Shown here: piece after piece, positions 1-7,317 of the stretch | Numbering within the stretch: the first letter of the stretch is position 1 | How the letters are laid out: each line of letters starts with the position of its first letter | Sequence record: KT321315.1 | Reading direction: 5' to 3' (one strand) | Source: Enterobacter phage phiEap-3 | Length of the DNA stretch: 64,000 nt | Translations under genes and position numbers: made by a program | Notes under the pieces: generated by a model | Databases searched by the model: none | What the model was told of the DNA's origin: nothing | The model's input: the letters and a program-made list of their open reading frames with translations, nothing else

Positions 1-430
1 CTTTTATGTTGCACTCATCGAGTCCAAGCGCTGGCAATGAAATGTTTTCGAAAGCACGTTGTTCATGTCTTTCCATTTCACCCCAAAACAAACGGGAACC
101 GTCAGGCATCGGTATTCCAATTTCATTGTTCCAGAATTTCATGATAGTTGTCAAGCGTTGTTTTCCATCGATGACTTCTACCCATCGAGATTCGTTGAAT
201 TCGCTATCAACCGCGATCGCAATGATACCGCAAGGAAACCCAGTTATCAAAGTCTTCATGAAAGCATCTTGCTCTTTCTGCTTCCACACGTAGGGCCGCT
301 GATAGGACGGATTCAGATCCAGATCGTTGTTCTTGAACCAGTGAATGTAACTACCAACCATGATCGCATGATCGCGACTTTGGAAAGTTTTTAACTCACG
401 AATACGGTTTCTTGCAATTTCGTCTGTCAT
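1..430 (-). CDS. ParB-like/DUF262 nucleotide-binding domain protein (N-terminal part; gene runs off window start)
   Basis: Minus-strand ATG at 430 overlaps (TAATG) the stop of the upstream gene. Translation MTDEIARNRIRELK...VIDGKQRLTT carries the DGxQR motif typical of DUF262/ParB-type NTPase domains. It is not in the ORF track because its stop lies outside the window. Confidence 0.5.
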   Translation of the reverse strand, partial: MTDEIARNRIRELKTFQSRDHAIMVGSYIHWFKNNDLDLNPSYQRPYVWKQKEQDAFMKTLITGFPCGIIAIAVDSEFNESRWVEVIDGKQRLTTIMKFWNNEIGIPMPDGSRLFWGEMERHEQRAFENISLPALGLDECNIK

Positions 431-753
431 TATAAAATCACCATCCAGAATATAATCGTAATCATAACCGCTACGGTGAAACACATTGCAGCGTACACAC
501 GCGCATTATGAACCTGTGTTTTCAATTCCGCGATCTCTTGATCCTTTTCGCTTTCAAACTCTTCGCGAGTACCATAATACCCAGGATCGTTAGCAGTTGC
601 CAATCTAACCGCATCTTTTTCAACCAGCGTTGCATAACCGCTTTTTATTTGTGTCGCCCCGTACCATCCACCCCGATCGTTGTTAATGATCAGATGATCG
701 CCTTTTTCGTTATGCTTTGACTCACCAATGACAATAACCCGTTTACCATTCAT
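430..753 (-). CDS. hypothetical protein with C-terminal transmembrane helix
   Basis: 107-aa ORF. Hydrophobic C-terminus (MCFTVAVMITIIFWMVIL). Tightly packed in a minus-strand early-gene run. Confidence 0.45.
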   Translation of the reverse strand: MNGKRVIVIGESKHNEKGDHLIINNDRGGWYGATQIKSGYATLVEKDAVRLATANDPGYYGTREEFESEKDQEIAELKTQVHNARVYAAMCFTVAVMITIIFWMVIL

Positions 754-781
754 AATATGATCCTCAAAGGGGCCGAAGCCC

Positions 782-1039
782 CTATTTTGCGTTCTTCTGT
801 AGATAATCTAACAGATTCCCGCTTTGATGTAAATCCAAAACTTTAGAAAACTTCTCTGCGTTTCTTTCGTTTGTGAGTTCGTCGAAATGCCATACACCAT
901 CATCAGCTATTAACGCGCCAGGTGATGAACCTGTTTCTACATCACGGGAAAGCGCAAGCCCCAGAGGGTGTAAGATTTCGCGGTTAATGCGCCAAACAAG
1001 GCCCATTTCTGATAGAGTATTAAAATCGACGTATTTCAT
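782..1039 (-). CDS. hypothetical protein
   Basis: 85-aa ORF in a compact minus-strand operon; the next gene starts 2 nt upstream. Confidence 0.4.
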   Translation of the reverse strand: MKYVDFNTLSEMGLVWRINREILHPLGLALSRDVETGSSPGALIADDGVWHFDELTNERNAEKFSKVLDLHQSGNLLDYLQKNAK

Positions 1040-1040
1040 A

Positions 1041-1424
1041 TTATGCCTTTGGTTTCACACCGTAGGCCAACATACCGAAACGGTGATCGTTGTCTGCATC
1101 TTTAAACAGAACTTCGTTACCATCAATGCAGATAACCTTTGCTTCCGGATCGATGTATGGAAGCAACCACAAAGGGATCAGGCGTAGGCCGCTATGTTCA
1201 TCCCAGCGACTGAAATTGAGTTCTTCCAGTTCATCAAGGGAAAGCTCATTAGGATCGATATAACGGAACCATTTGGTATTTTTGAGGCGGTCGGGGAAGT
1301 TTACAATTTCTTCATAGCCGAATTCAGCACTCCATGAAGAGTAAACAGTGACTTCGGATGCTTTGGTTAAAACAGCATCGCGAATTGATTTGCAGATATC
1401 GATTAAAGTCAGTTGATTTTCCAT
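1041..1424 (-). CDS. hypothetical protein
   Basis: 127-aa ORF packed between neighbouring minus-strand genes. Confidence 0.45.
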   Translation of the reverse strand: MENQLTLIDICKSIRDAVLTKASEVTVYSSWSAEFGYEEIVNFPDRLKNTKWFRYIDPNELSLDELEELNFSRWDEHSGLRLIPLWLLPYIDPEAKVICIDGNEVLFKDADNDHRFGMLAYGVKPKA

Positions 1425-1434
1425 GATATATTTC

Positions 1435-1842
1435 TCATCTTGCTAAAATTTTAGGCAATAGTTGCCCCATCGTTTTACGTGCATGTGACGGAATCTGTGA
1501 TACTGGGACATATTTGAAATCATCCATTTCACGTATAGTCCGTCCGTTCTTAACGAAAGTGGATGCACAATAGCATTCTTCCGCTACTGGGTAATCTTGC
1601 CCTACATAGAGGAATAAAGCAAGGTTTTTTGTTTTCGTGTAATCGAGAACACCCAGGCTAACCAATTCCTCCGCGAACACTTCAAATCCTGTTTCTTCGA
1701 AGCATTCGCGGATCGCCGCGTCAATATGAGTTTCGCCCTTTTCAACATGCCCCTTCGGAATATCCCAATGGGGCGTTTCAGTGGCATGGCCCATCAACAC
1801 GGCACCATCTTTAATAAAGATAATACCCGCTGATAGTTCCAT
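1435..1842 (-). CDS. Nudix hydrolase (T4 NudE/e.1-like)
   Basis: Nudix box GHVEKGETHIDAAIRECFEETGF (Gx5Ex7REUxEExGU) is clearly present in the 135-aa ORF. Confidence 0.8.
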   Translation of the reverse strand: MELSAGIIFIKDGAVLMGHATETPHWDIPKGHVEKGETHIDAAIRECFEETGFEVFAEELVSLGVLDYTKTKNLALFLYVGQDYPVAEECYCASTFVKNGRTIREMDDFKYVPVSQIPSHARKTMGQLLPKILAR

Positions 1843-2088
1843 TTATTCACCTTCAAAAGCGTTATCAAATGCTTCAAGTGCTTTGTTAGCGCGAGCACTG
1901 GCTTTTGTCACACCAGCAGAAAGGTTTTCAAAGAAAGTATGTTTCCACACTTCGCGACGACTGGATTCATGTTCCAGAAGGTTTTTGTGATTACCGCGAA
2001 TCTGTTCTTCCATGTTGTAACGGTACAGATCGAGTTCTGTGTTTAATTCCTGTTCTAATGCCTGTGCAAATACTTGTTCAATATTCAT
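1843..2088 (-). CDS. hypothetical protein
   Basis: 81-aa ORF whose stop abuts the start of the Nudix gene; acidic, helical composition. Confidence 0.4.
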   Translation of the reverse strand: MNIEQVFAQALEQELNTELDLYRYNMEEQIRGNHKNLLEHESSRREVWKHTFFENLSAGVTKASARANKALEAFDNAFEGE

Positions 2089-2336
2089 TTTGTATAGCCT
2101 ATTTCAGATTTAAGGTTTTCGAGGGTAGAATGATAAACAACATTCCCTTCGTGTCGAGTATACCATACTTTTCCGTTCTGGTTACACTCATTCATTACTT
2201 TTTCATCTAAACCAGGGATCGGCTTCATGCTGGGAGAAAACGCGATAGACATCATTTGTTCCGCACTATCAGCAAACCCACAAGGGAAAACAGATCCAGT
2301 TGGTTTATCAAGATACATCAACTCTACTTTAGCCAT
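2085..2336 (-). CDS. hypothetical protein (start chosen at internal Met MAKVEL)
   Basis: The long ORF 2085-2456 overlaps the upstream gene. ATG at 2336 gives an 8-nt overlap with the upstream stop, which is more consistent with T4-style packing. Confidence 0.3.
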   Translation of the reverse strand: MAKVELMYLDKPTGSVFPCGFADSAEQMMSIAFSPSMKPIPGLDEKVMNECNQNGKVWYTRHEGNVVYHSTLENLKSEIGYTK

Positions 2337-2622
2337 AGATTTCTTCGAAATCCTCACAATCAGGCAAATACGTTTCACAGAAGGTGCAAAGCGTAAAGAA
2401 TGCAGGTTGACGAATACCAGGATTATCCGGTAGATACATCCAGAAGGTGTTAGCAAACACGATGAATGTTTTCAGGTTTTCGGTGGTAATTTCGCTAACA
2501 CCATCATACCCGGATTGATTGATCGCGCGTTGCAGCGGCACCTCATACTGTTCGCAATAGTCGGCATAATGATCGCTTGTTACCAGGCCATTAGCCATTT
2601 TAATCAGATCAACGATTTTCAT
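2329..2622 (-). CDS. hypothetical protein
   Basis: 97-aa ORF; its ATG overlaps the upstream stop. Confidence 0.4.
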   Translation of the reverse strand: MKIVDLIKMANGLVTSDHYADYCEQYEVPLQRAINQSGYDGVSEITTENLKTFIVFANTFWMYLPDNPGIRQPAFFTLCTFCETYLPDCEDFEEIYG

Positions 2623-2954
2623 GATTTTACATATTCCACTTTAACAGGTTTTGCAACAAATTTATCTTTGGTGCGCCCATGACCATTACACAGGTCACAT
2701 TCTCTGTTGAAATCTTTCATATCTTCGACCCATCCAGAATCTGGCAACCCAGACGGATATGCGTTATAACTAATGGTTTCATAACCTTTTCCGTTGCATT
2801 TCGGGCAAACATGAGGACGTTCCTTTTTAGCAGACTCTACCAGTTCGCGAAGGGTGGTAGAACTACCATAAGCCCGACTCATGTTTTCAAAGTCTTTTAA
2901 AGTCATGCTATAAACATCAATGATGTTATATTTTTTACCGGATGGTTTAGCCAT
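2619..2954 (-). CDS. zinc-ribbon protein with two DnaJ-type CxxCxGxG motifs
   Basis: MAKPSG... start at 2954. Motifs CPKCNGKG and CDLCNGHG. Confidence 0.5.
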   Translation of the reverse strand: MAKPSGKKYNIIDVYSMTLKDFENMSRAYGSSTTLRELVESAKKERPHVCPKCNGKGYETISYNAYPSGLPDSGWVEDMKDFNRECDLCNGHGRTKDKFVAKPVKVEYVKS

Positions 2955-2964
2955 AATATATTTC

Positions 2965-3105
2965 TCACTTAAAGAATTTTTTGATGAAAGAGATAGCAAG
3001 GCCGATACCAAAGAAAACCCAATATGCTTTACCATCACCATTTGCTAACACATAAACTGCGTTACCGTATGCAAAGATTTCCGCGATGTTCATTAAGTTT
3101 CTCAT
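2965..3105 (-). CDS. small hydrophobic peptide (46 aa)
   Basis: ATG at 3105 preceded by AGGAGG. Sequence MRNLMNIAEIFAYGNAVYVLANGDGKAYWVFFGIGLAISFIKKFFK contains a predicted TM helix. Confidence 0.4.
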   Translation of the reverse strand: MRNLMNIAEIFAYGNAVYVLANGDGKAYWVFFGIGLAISFIKKFFK

Positions 3106-3194
3106 GATATCCTCCTTTTTCTATATTAAGTATCTTACCATAATATAAACCAAAGTCAACAACAAAGTTTTATCAACCCACTTATCACCAGTCA

Positions 3195-3335
3195 TTAGTA
3201 ATCTCCTACAGGTTGAGACGCCGCAACACTCAGGATCTTGAAAGTGCAATTGTTCCACTCACAATACGTTTTTGCACAGTGAACACTTCCTTTCATAACA
3301 AACCCGTTTGAGAAAATTAACCAGTAAAGTTTCAT
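3195..3335 (-). CDS. small Cys-rich protein (46 aa)
   Basis: ATG at 3335 with AAGGAGG 6 nt upstream. Sequence MKLYWLIFSNGFVMKGSVHCAKTYCEWNNCTFK... Confidence 0.35.
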   Translation of the reverse strand: MKLYWLIFSNGFVMKGSVHCAKTYCEWNNCTFKILSVAASQPVGDY

Positions 3336-3400
3336 GATAGCCTCCTTTGTTTCGACAAGGCCAATATAACAAAGCCCCTGCACGAATGCAAGGGCTTTTT

Positions 3401-3940
3401 TCAGTTTTTCAACATCCAAAGTTGCGGAGGACAATCTTTAGAAGCGATTAGACGATCCAGGCGGGACATAACCCGACGATAACCGTCGTATTCAAAATTG
3501 ATTTTTGGCGGAACGTAGTTAACCTGGATTGTTTTTCTGTTAGCTAAAGAAACATACTCAGGGATCACCGTTCGCAACCGTATAGCGATGACTGGCTTCT
3601 CTTCGCCTTCGTTAAAGAACATTTGAACAGTGATAGGACAGGCAAAGATTTTACCGTTTACACGACGATAAACAATAACTTCCTGTGTCCCTTCTGTTTT
3701 GGCCTTCACAGCGTAAGTTAGAACATAACACGAATAATGATTTGCTAGACTCATCATGATATCGCGATAAGTTTCAATATCTTTTTTAATCGATACCGAA
3801 CGGTCTTTAAAGCGATCTGCAATGTGGTCAGCAGTAGCCGCTACCTTGACTGTATACCAGTCACCTAACGCGCTAGTAAACGCCTCGCTAACTTCTTTTC
3901 GTACACTGTTAACAAGATACATTAAACGTGTTCTGTTCAT
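3401..3940 (-). CDS. hypothetical protein (179 aa)
   Basis: Start taken at MNRTRL (ATG 3940), which has a GAGG RBS and avoids a 70-nt overlap with the upstream gene. Confidence 0.5.
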   Translation of the reverse strand: MNRTRLMYLVNSVRKEVSEAFTSALGDWYTVKVAATADHIADRFKDRSVSIKKDIETYRDIMMSLANHYSCYVLTYAVKAKTEGTQEVIVYRRVNGKIFACPITVQMFFNEGEEKPVIAIRLRTVIPEYVSLANRKTIQVNYVPPKINFEYDGYRRVMSRLDRLIASKDCPPQLWMLKN

Positions 3941-3947
3941 ATAATCC

Positions 3948-4583
3948 TCACTGATTTTTGAAGTATTCGATCTGACGCAAACGCTTTTCAGCGGCGGCTT
4001 TCGAATCGTATTCACCAAGTTCTTTTGTGCGATCGTGGTTCAATACTACCCACTTGTCGCCGCGCTGTTCAATGTGTTCTGTAATGTCTTTTAATGACTT
4101 ATCCAGATCCAATGATTCAGCCTCTTCACGGATAATAGTCAAATCCACGGGCAGTGTCAACAACCTTTTCACTCCGCTGATATCATCCAGCATAGAATCA
4201 TATGCAAGGGTTACATGCGGCTTGTAATCCGGGTAATCGTATGTTGCGCCAGCATCAATTGAATCTTTGAAACGGCTATGCAGGTATTCAGATTCCAGGA
4301 TCCCTACGATAGTACTACCGTATTTTGTGTCCCACTTTTCAACATCAACCAGTTTAGCAGGTTCTATAATGTCCTGCTGTGGGAACAAATCAACCGTTTT
4401 CCGGCTGTATACGATCGTTGTATGCATCTTCTCGGCTGAAACAGCATTCTTTGTGATACCTAATGTCTTTTGAACATTTTTCAAAGCCTCACACGAAGCC
4501 TGATCGAATTTAGCACACATGTAGATACCAGGATCTACAACAGGTTTTGTGATTTCAAGAAATGATTTCATAAAACACCCCAA
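3948..4583 (-). CDS. 57B: 2H phosphoesterase, T4 57B/Acb1-like (anti-CBASS cyclic-oligonucleotide phosphodiesterase family)
   Basis: Two H-x-T/S-x motifs (HTTIVYS and HVTLAY) define the 2H fold. The gene sits immediately upstream of 57A-1-3-2-4, as 57B does in T4. Longer than T4 57B (211 vs ~152 aa). Confidence 0.7.
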   Translation of the reverse strand: MGCFMKSFLEITKPVVDPGIYMCAKFDQASCEALKNVQKTLGITKNAVSAEKMHTTIVYSRKTVDLFPQQDIIEPAKLVDVEKWDTKYGSTIVGILESEYLHSRFKDSIDAGATYDYPDYKPHVTLAYDSMLDDISGVKRLLTLPVDLTIIREEAESLDLDKSLKDITEHIEQRGDKWVVLNHDRTKELGEYDSKAAAEKRLRQIEYFKNQ

Positions 4584-4585
4584 TA

Positions 4586-4612
4586 AAAAAGGGGCCGAAG
4601 CCCCTTTGTAAT
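4586..4612 (-). terminator. intrinsic terminator after 57A (minus strand)
   Basis: ggggccgaagcccc hairpin; on the minus strand it is followed by TTTTTATT. Confidence 0.55.
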
Positions 4613-4622
4613 AAATTTGTTT

Positions 4623-4895
4623 TTACGCTTCTTCGCCAAAGGCGGCTTCATCTTCCGCGTCTTTGGCGACTTCAACGGAAGGGATCAGAGCGGATACCGC
4701 ACCAATCACTGCTTCTGGGGTTACTGGCTGGCTTGCGTCAATACCCAGTACCGAACACAGGTCGGACAGAAGTTGACGATGAACCGACAGTTCACTTTCT
4801 TTTTGCGCGATAACTTCGTTAAGATCGAATGCGCGGCCTTTCAGTACCAGTACTTCATTTTGCAGTTTTTGAATATCAGACATTTTATTACCCAT
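4623..4895 (-). CDS. 57A: gp57A tail-fibre assembly chaperone-like coiled-coil protein
   Basis: 90-aa coiled-coil ORF between 57B-like and gene 1, matching T4 synteny. Similarity to T4 gp57A is recalled only loosely. Confidence 0.55.
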   Translation of the reverse strand: MGNKMSDIQKLQNEVLVLKGRAFDLNEVIAQKESELSVHRQLLSDLCSVLGIDASQPVTPEAVIGAVSALIPSVEVAKDAEDEAAFGEEA

Positions 4896-4897
4896 TG

Positions 4898-5593
4898 TTA
4901 AAATTTAAAAGTATCGAGCACTTTGCTCTTTAGTTGTTTCAAAGTACCTTCGTTAGTGATGATACTATCTCCCGGTTGAGGTGTCAAACCTTTTTCCGTA
5001 GAATGTTCATCAACAATTCCGGTATCCTTTACAATAAACACAAACTTAGCACCCAAACGTTTCAGGTATTTATATTCGTGTTCCTGACGACAGTCAGTTA
5101 CCAGAAGGTGATTGTATTCGTCACCAGCATATTTATTGACGAATCTTTCCAGTGTGTAACGAATCCAAACCGTGTTATCATACTTGCATACGATATCAGT
5201 TCCAAACACTTGCATCAAGCGTCTGATACTCCAGGGAGTATCGTTATTCATAATCAGGTTACGGATATCATCAGGATGATAAACAATATTGTATCCGCGT
5301 TCTTTGAGGATTTCAAGCCCGATTCTGAAAATATTTAGAACATCTTCATTAGACATCACAAGAGGTTTCTCTCGATCGCCTTCATAAAAAATAGCATCCG
5401 GATCAGAATATTTTCCTTCAACCAGACTACGAATGTATGGTTTATCGTAACCATATCGCTGCATTGCTACTCTTAGCGTTCTTTTGATACCAAATGCCAG
5501 TGCTTCACACTGAACATCATTGTACGCCTCTTGAATAAATTTAGCAACCGTATCTTTACCAGTTCGCTTCTTTCCACTAATCACATAAATCAT
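4898..5593 (-). CDS. 1: dNMP kinase (gp1)
   Basis: P-loop GKKRTGKDT at the N-terminus, as in T4 gp1 (VKRSGKDT). 231 aa, in the T4-syntenic position. Confidence 0.8.
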   Translation of the reverse strand: MIYVISGKKRTGKDTVAKFIQEAYNDVQCEALAFGIKRTLRVAMQRYGYDKPYIRSLVEGKYSDPDAIFYEGDREKPLVMSNEDVLNIFRIGLEILKERGYNIVYHPDDIRNLIMNNDTPWSIRRLMQVFGTDIVCKYDNTVWIRYTLERFVNKYAGDEYNHLLVTDCRQEHEYKYLKRLGAKFVFIVKDTGIVDEHSTEKGLTPQPGDSIITNEGTLKQLKSKVLDTFKF

Positions 5594-6123
5594 TAGCTCA
5601 TTCTCTTTTGTGAAGATACTACTTTTCCGTCAATTTCAACTTCCATATGAAGGAAGCCAAAAGTTGCCATACATGTAACCGCTTCATCACTATCGTTAGT
5701 ATAACCCAATTCAACCTCACCCAAGTTTGTTGGGAAGGCACCATAAAATCTAAATGTGGCGATCGTTTTCATCTGGGAGTTATCCAGGATATGCACAGCG
5801 AATGATTGCTTAGGATCATCCCACGCAACAGAGTTAAACTCGTTGTAATCGTTTGTGCTCAACATCCATATGTAAATCCCAAGATACGATCTCATTTCCT
5901 CATCGACTACAAAGCGGATCATCAAAGGATCAAACTCAAAAGCCGAACCAGGTACTTTACCTCGAACCATCATATTTGCAGGAATATCAACTGCTGGGAG
6001 GTTCATTGATGGTAGTGTAACCCCTTGAACTTGTAAAGTCAAACCTTTCATGTAACTGTTATCAGGAATATCAACCCGAAAATTTGTAGGCGAGATTTGG
6101 TTTAAAATCATTTCTGTAGACAT
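5593..6123 (-). CDS. 3: gp3 tail completion / sheath stabiliser (tail-tube fold)
   Basis: 176 aa, the same length as T4 gp3. Position between genes 1 and 2. Tube-like sequence pattern (FRVDIP..., YGAFPTNLGEV as in the gp19 tube protein). Confidence 0.65.
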   Translation of the reverse strand: MSTEMILNQISPTNFRVDIPDNSYMKGLTLQVQGVTLPSMNLPAVDIPANMMVRGKVPGSAFEFDPLMIRFVVDEEMRSYLGIYIWMLSTNDYNEFNSVAWDDPKQSFAVHILDNSQMKTIATFRFYGAFPTNLGEVELGYTNDSDEAVTCMATFGFLHMEVEIDGKVVSSQKRMS

Positions 6124-6201
6124 AGGATCTCCTTTCCTCTATTTAGCGGGGAACGGGATCGAAGCGCCTGACGGGGTAATATAAAAATTTGAAGAAAGTA
6201 C

Positions 6202-6230
6202 TTGACCTTTTAAAATCTTTGATCTATAAT
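6202..6230 (+). promoter_or_regulatory. sigma70-type early promoter TTGACC-17-TATAAT
   Basis: Exact -35/-10 hexamers with a 17-nt spacer; the spacer contains GATC. Confidence 0.6.
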
Positions 6231-6318
6231 AATTATTAATTAAAATTTTATCAAAAAGATCTAACAAGATCAAGTAAAATTTAATAAATAATTTATCAAA
6301 AATTTTTTAGATCTGATC

Positions 6319-6347
6319 TTGAATTCATAAATTTTATGATCTATAAT
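6319..6347 (+). promoter_or_regulatory. sigma70-type promoter TTGAAT-17-TATAAT
   Basis: Second near-consensus promoter upstream of the IP-like gene; GATC in the spacer. Confidence 0.5.
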
Positions 6348-6492
6348 ATATTAATATTTTATTTTATCATAAATTTTTATGAAGATCAATACCTAGATCT
6401 AATAAATTTTATGCTTTTTCTGAAAACTTTTCCTTTACCCCGTCACTAAATACTGGTACTATATTCCCATATTGGAAATCAGGAAAAACAAA

Positions 6493-7281
6493 ATGACTCA
6501 CTTGAAAAAATTCAAAGAATTTCTGACCGAAGGTAAAACCCTCGCTCGTACTGTAGCACGTGGTCAACGTGCCAAAACTTCCGATAAACATTCAATCGGT
6601 TTTCTTCACTTCAAACATGGTTCTGATTTCGAAGTTTTAGCACCGGATTCTCACGATCTGGCATACTTCGGTAAAAACATTGTACGTTTGAAAGGTATGA
6701 CTACTGGTAAAGTTCAAGCGGCTTATGTCGATTGGGCTAAAGGTACTGTTTCTTTCTACAGTGGCAATCCGGATGATGATCTGGATTTCGACAAACCAGA
6801 AAAATTCAAAGCTGCTACTCTGTATGAAGAGGCGGAAGAAAATCTGGATCTGTATAACCAGTTAGCAGAAGATTTCGAAATCGAGATCCCTATGGATGAA
6901 GCTCTGGTGAAAGGTAAAGTTTACAAACTCCCAAGCAACGATATGCGTCTTCTGTACACTGGGCGTTCTAAAACTAAAGCAAGCGGTGAATATGCAGTGT
7001 TTACCGTAGTTGATGCTTCCGGCAAACCTCGCCTAGTATCTGGTAAAAAATTCACCCAAGAATATAAAGGCGATATGGTTTCTAAACTGGTTCTGGCTGA
7101 ATCCGAAGATCTGAATGAAGCGGCTAAAGGCATTCGCGAAAAAGTTATTGCTGTGATGGTGAAACGCGGGTTTAACGAAAAAGATGCAGAAAAGATGGTT
7201 GACAAAAACCTGAAAGATGCTATGAAAGTTAGACCTGGTGCGACCCCTGGCAAACTTGCAGAAATAGTTAGCACCCTGTAA
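6493..7281 (+). CDS. putative internal head protein with N-terminal capsid targeting sequence (CTS)
   Basis: N-terminus MTHLKKFKEFLTE|G resembles the T4 IPI/II/III CTS MKTYQEFIAE and the gp21 cleavage motif (L/I-x-E). Codon usage is strongly biased toward ggt/aaa/ctg/gaa. The gene has its own sigma70-type promoters and a downstream terminator. Confidence 0.5.
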   Translation: MTHLKKFKEFLTEGKTLARTVARGQRAKTSDKHSIGFLHFKHGSDFEVLAPDSHDLAYFGKNIVRLKGMTTGKVQAAYVDWAKGTVSFYSGNPDDDLDFDKPEKFKAATLYEEAEENLDLYNQLAEDFEIEIPMDEALVKGKVYKLPSNDMRLLYTGRSKTKASGEYAVFTVVDASGKPRLVSGKKFTQEYKGDMVSKLVLAESEDLNEAAKGIREKVIAVMVKRGFNEKDAEKMVDKNLKDAMKVRPGATPGKLAEIVSTL

Positions 7282-7285
7282 AAAT

Positions 7286-7317
7286 AAAGCCCCTTCCTTC
7301 CGGTTGGGGCTTTTTGA
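7286..7317 (+). terminator. intrinsic terminator (agcccc-loop-ggggct plus T-run)
   Basis: GC stem followed by TTTTTG, immediately after the IP-like gene stop. Confidence 0.7.

Larger units (their letters stand above)
6180..6470. repeat. AT-rich GATC-dense intergenic element (8 GATC in ~230 bp; recurring TAGATC/AGATCT motifs)
   Basis: Direct count of GATC within a roughly 85% AT region. A similar element lies at 39990-40258. Confidence 0.7.

Noticed and set aside
6180-6470. CRISPR-like or iteron array
   Set aside because: The repeats are short (6-10 nt) GATC-containing motifs at irregular spacing. There is no regular repeat-spacer structure.
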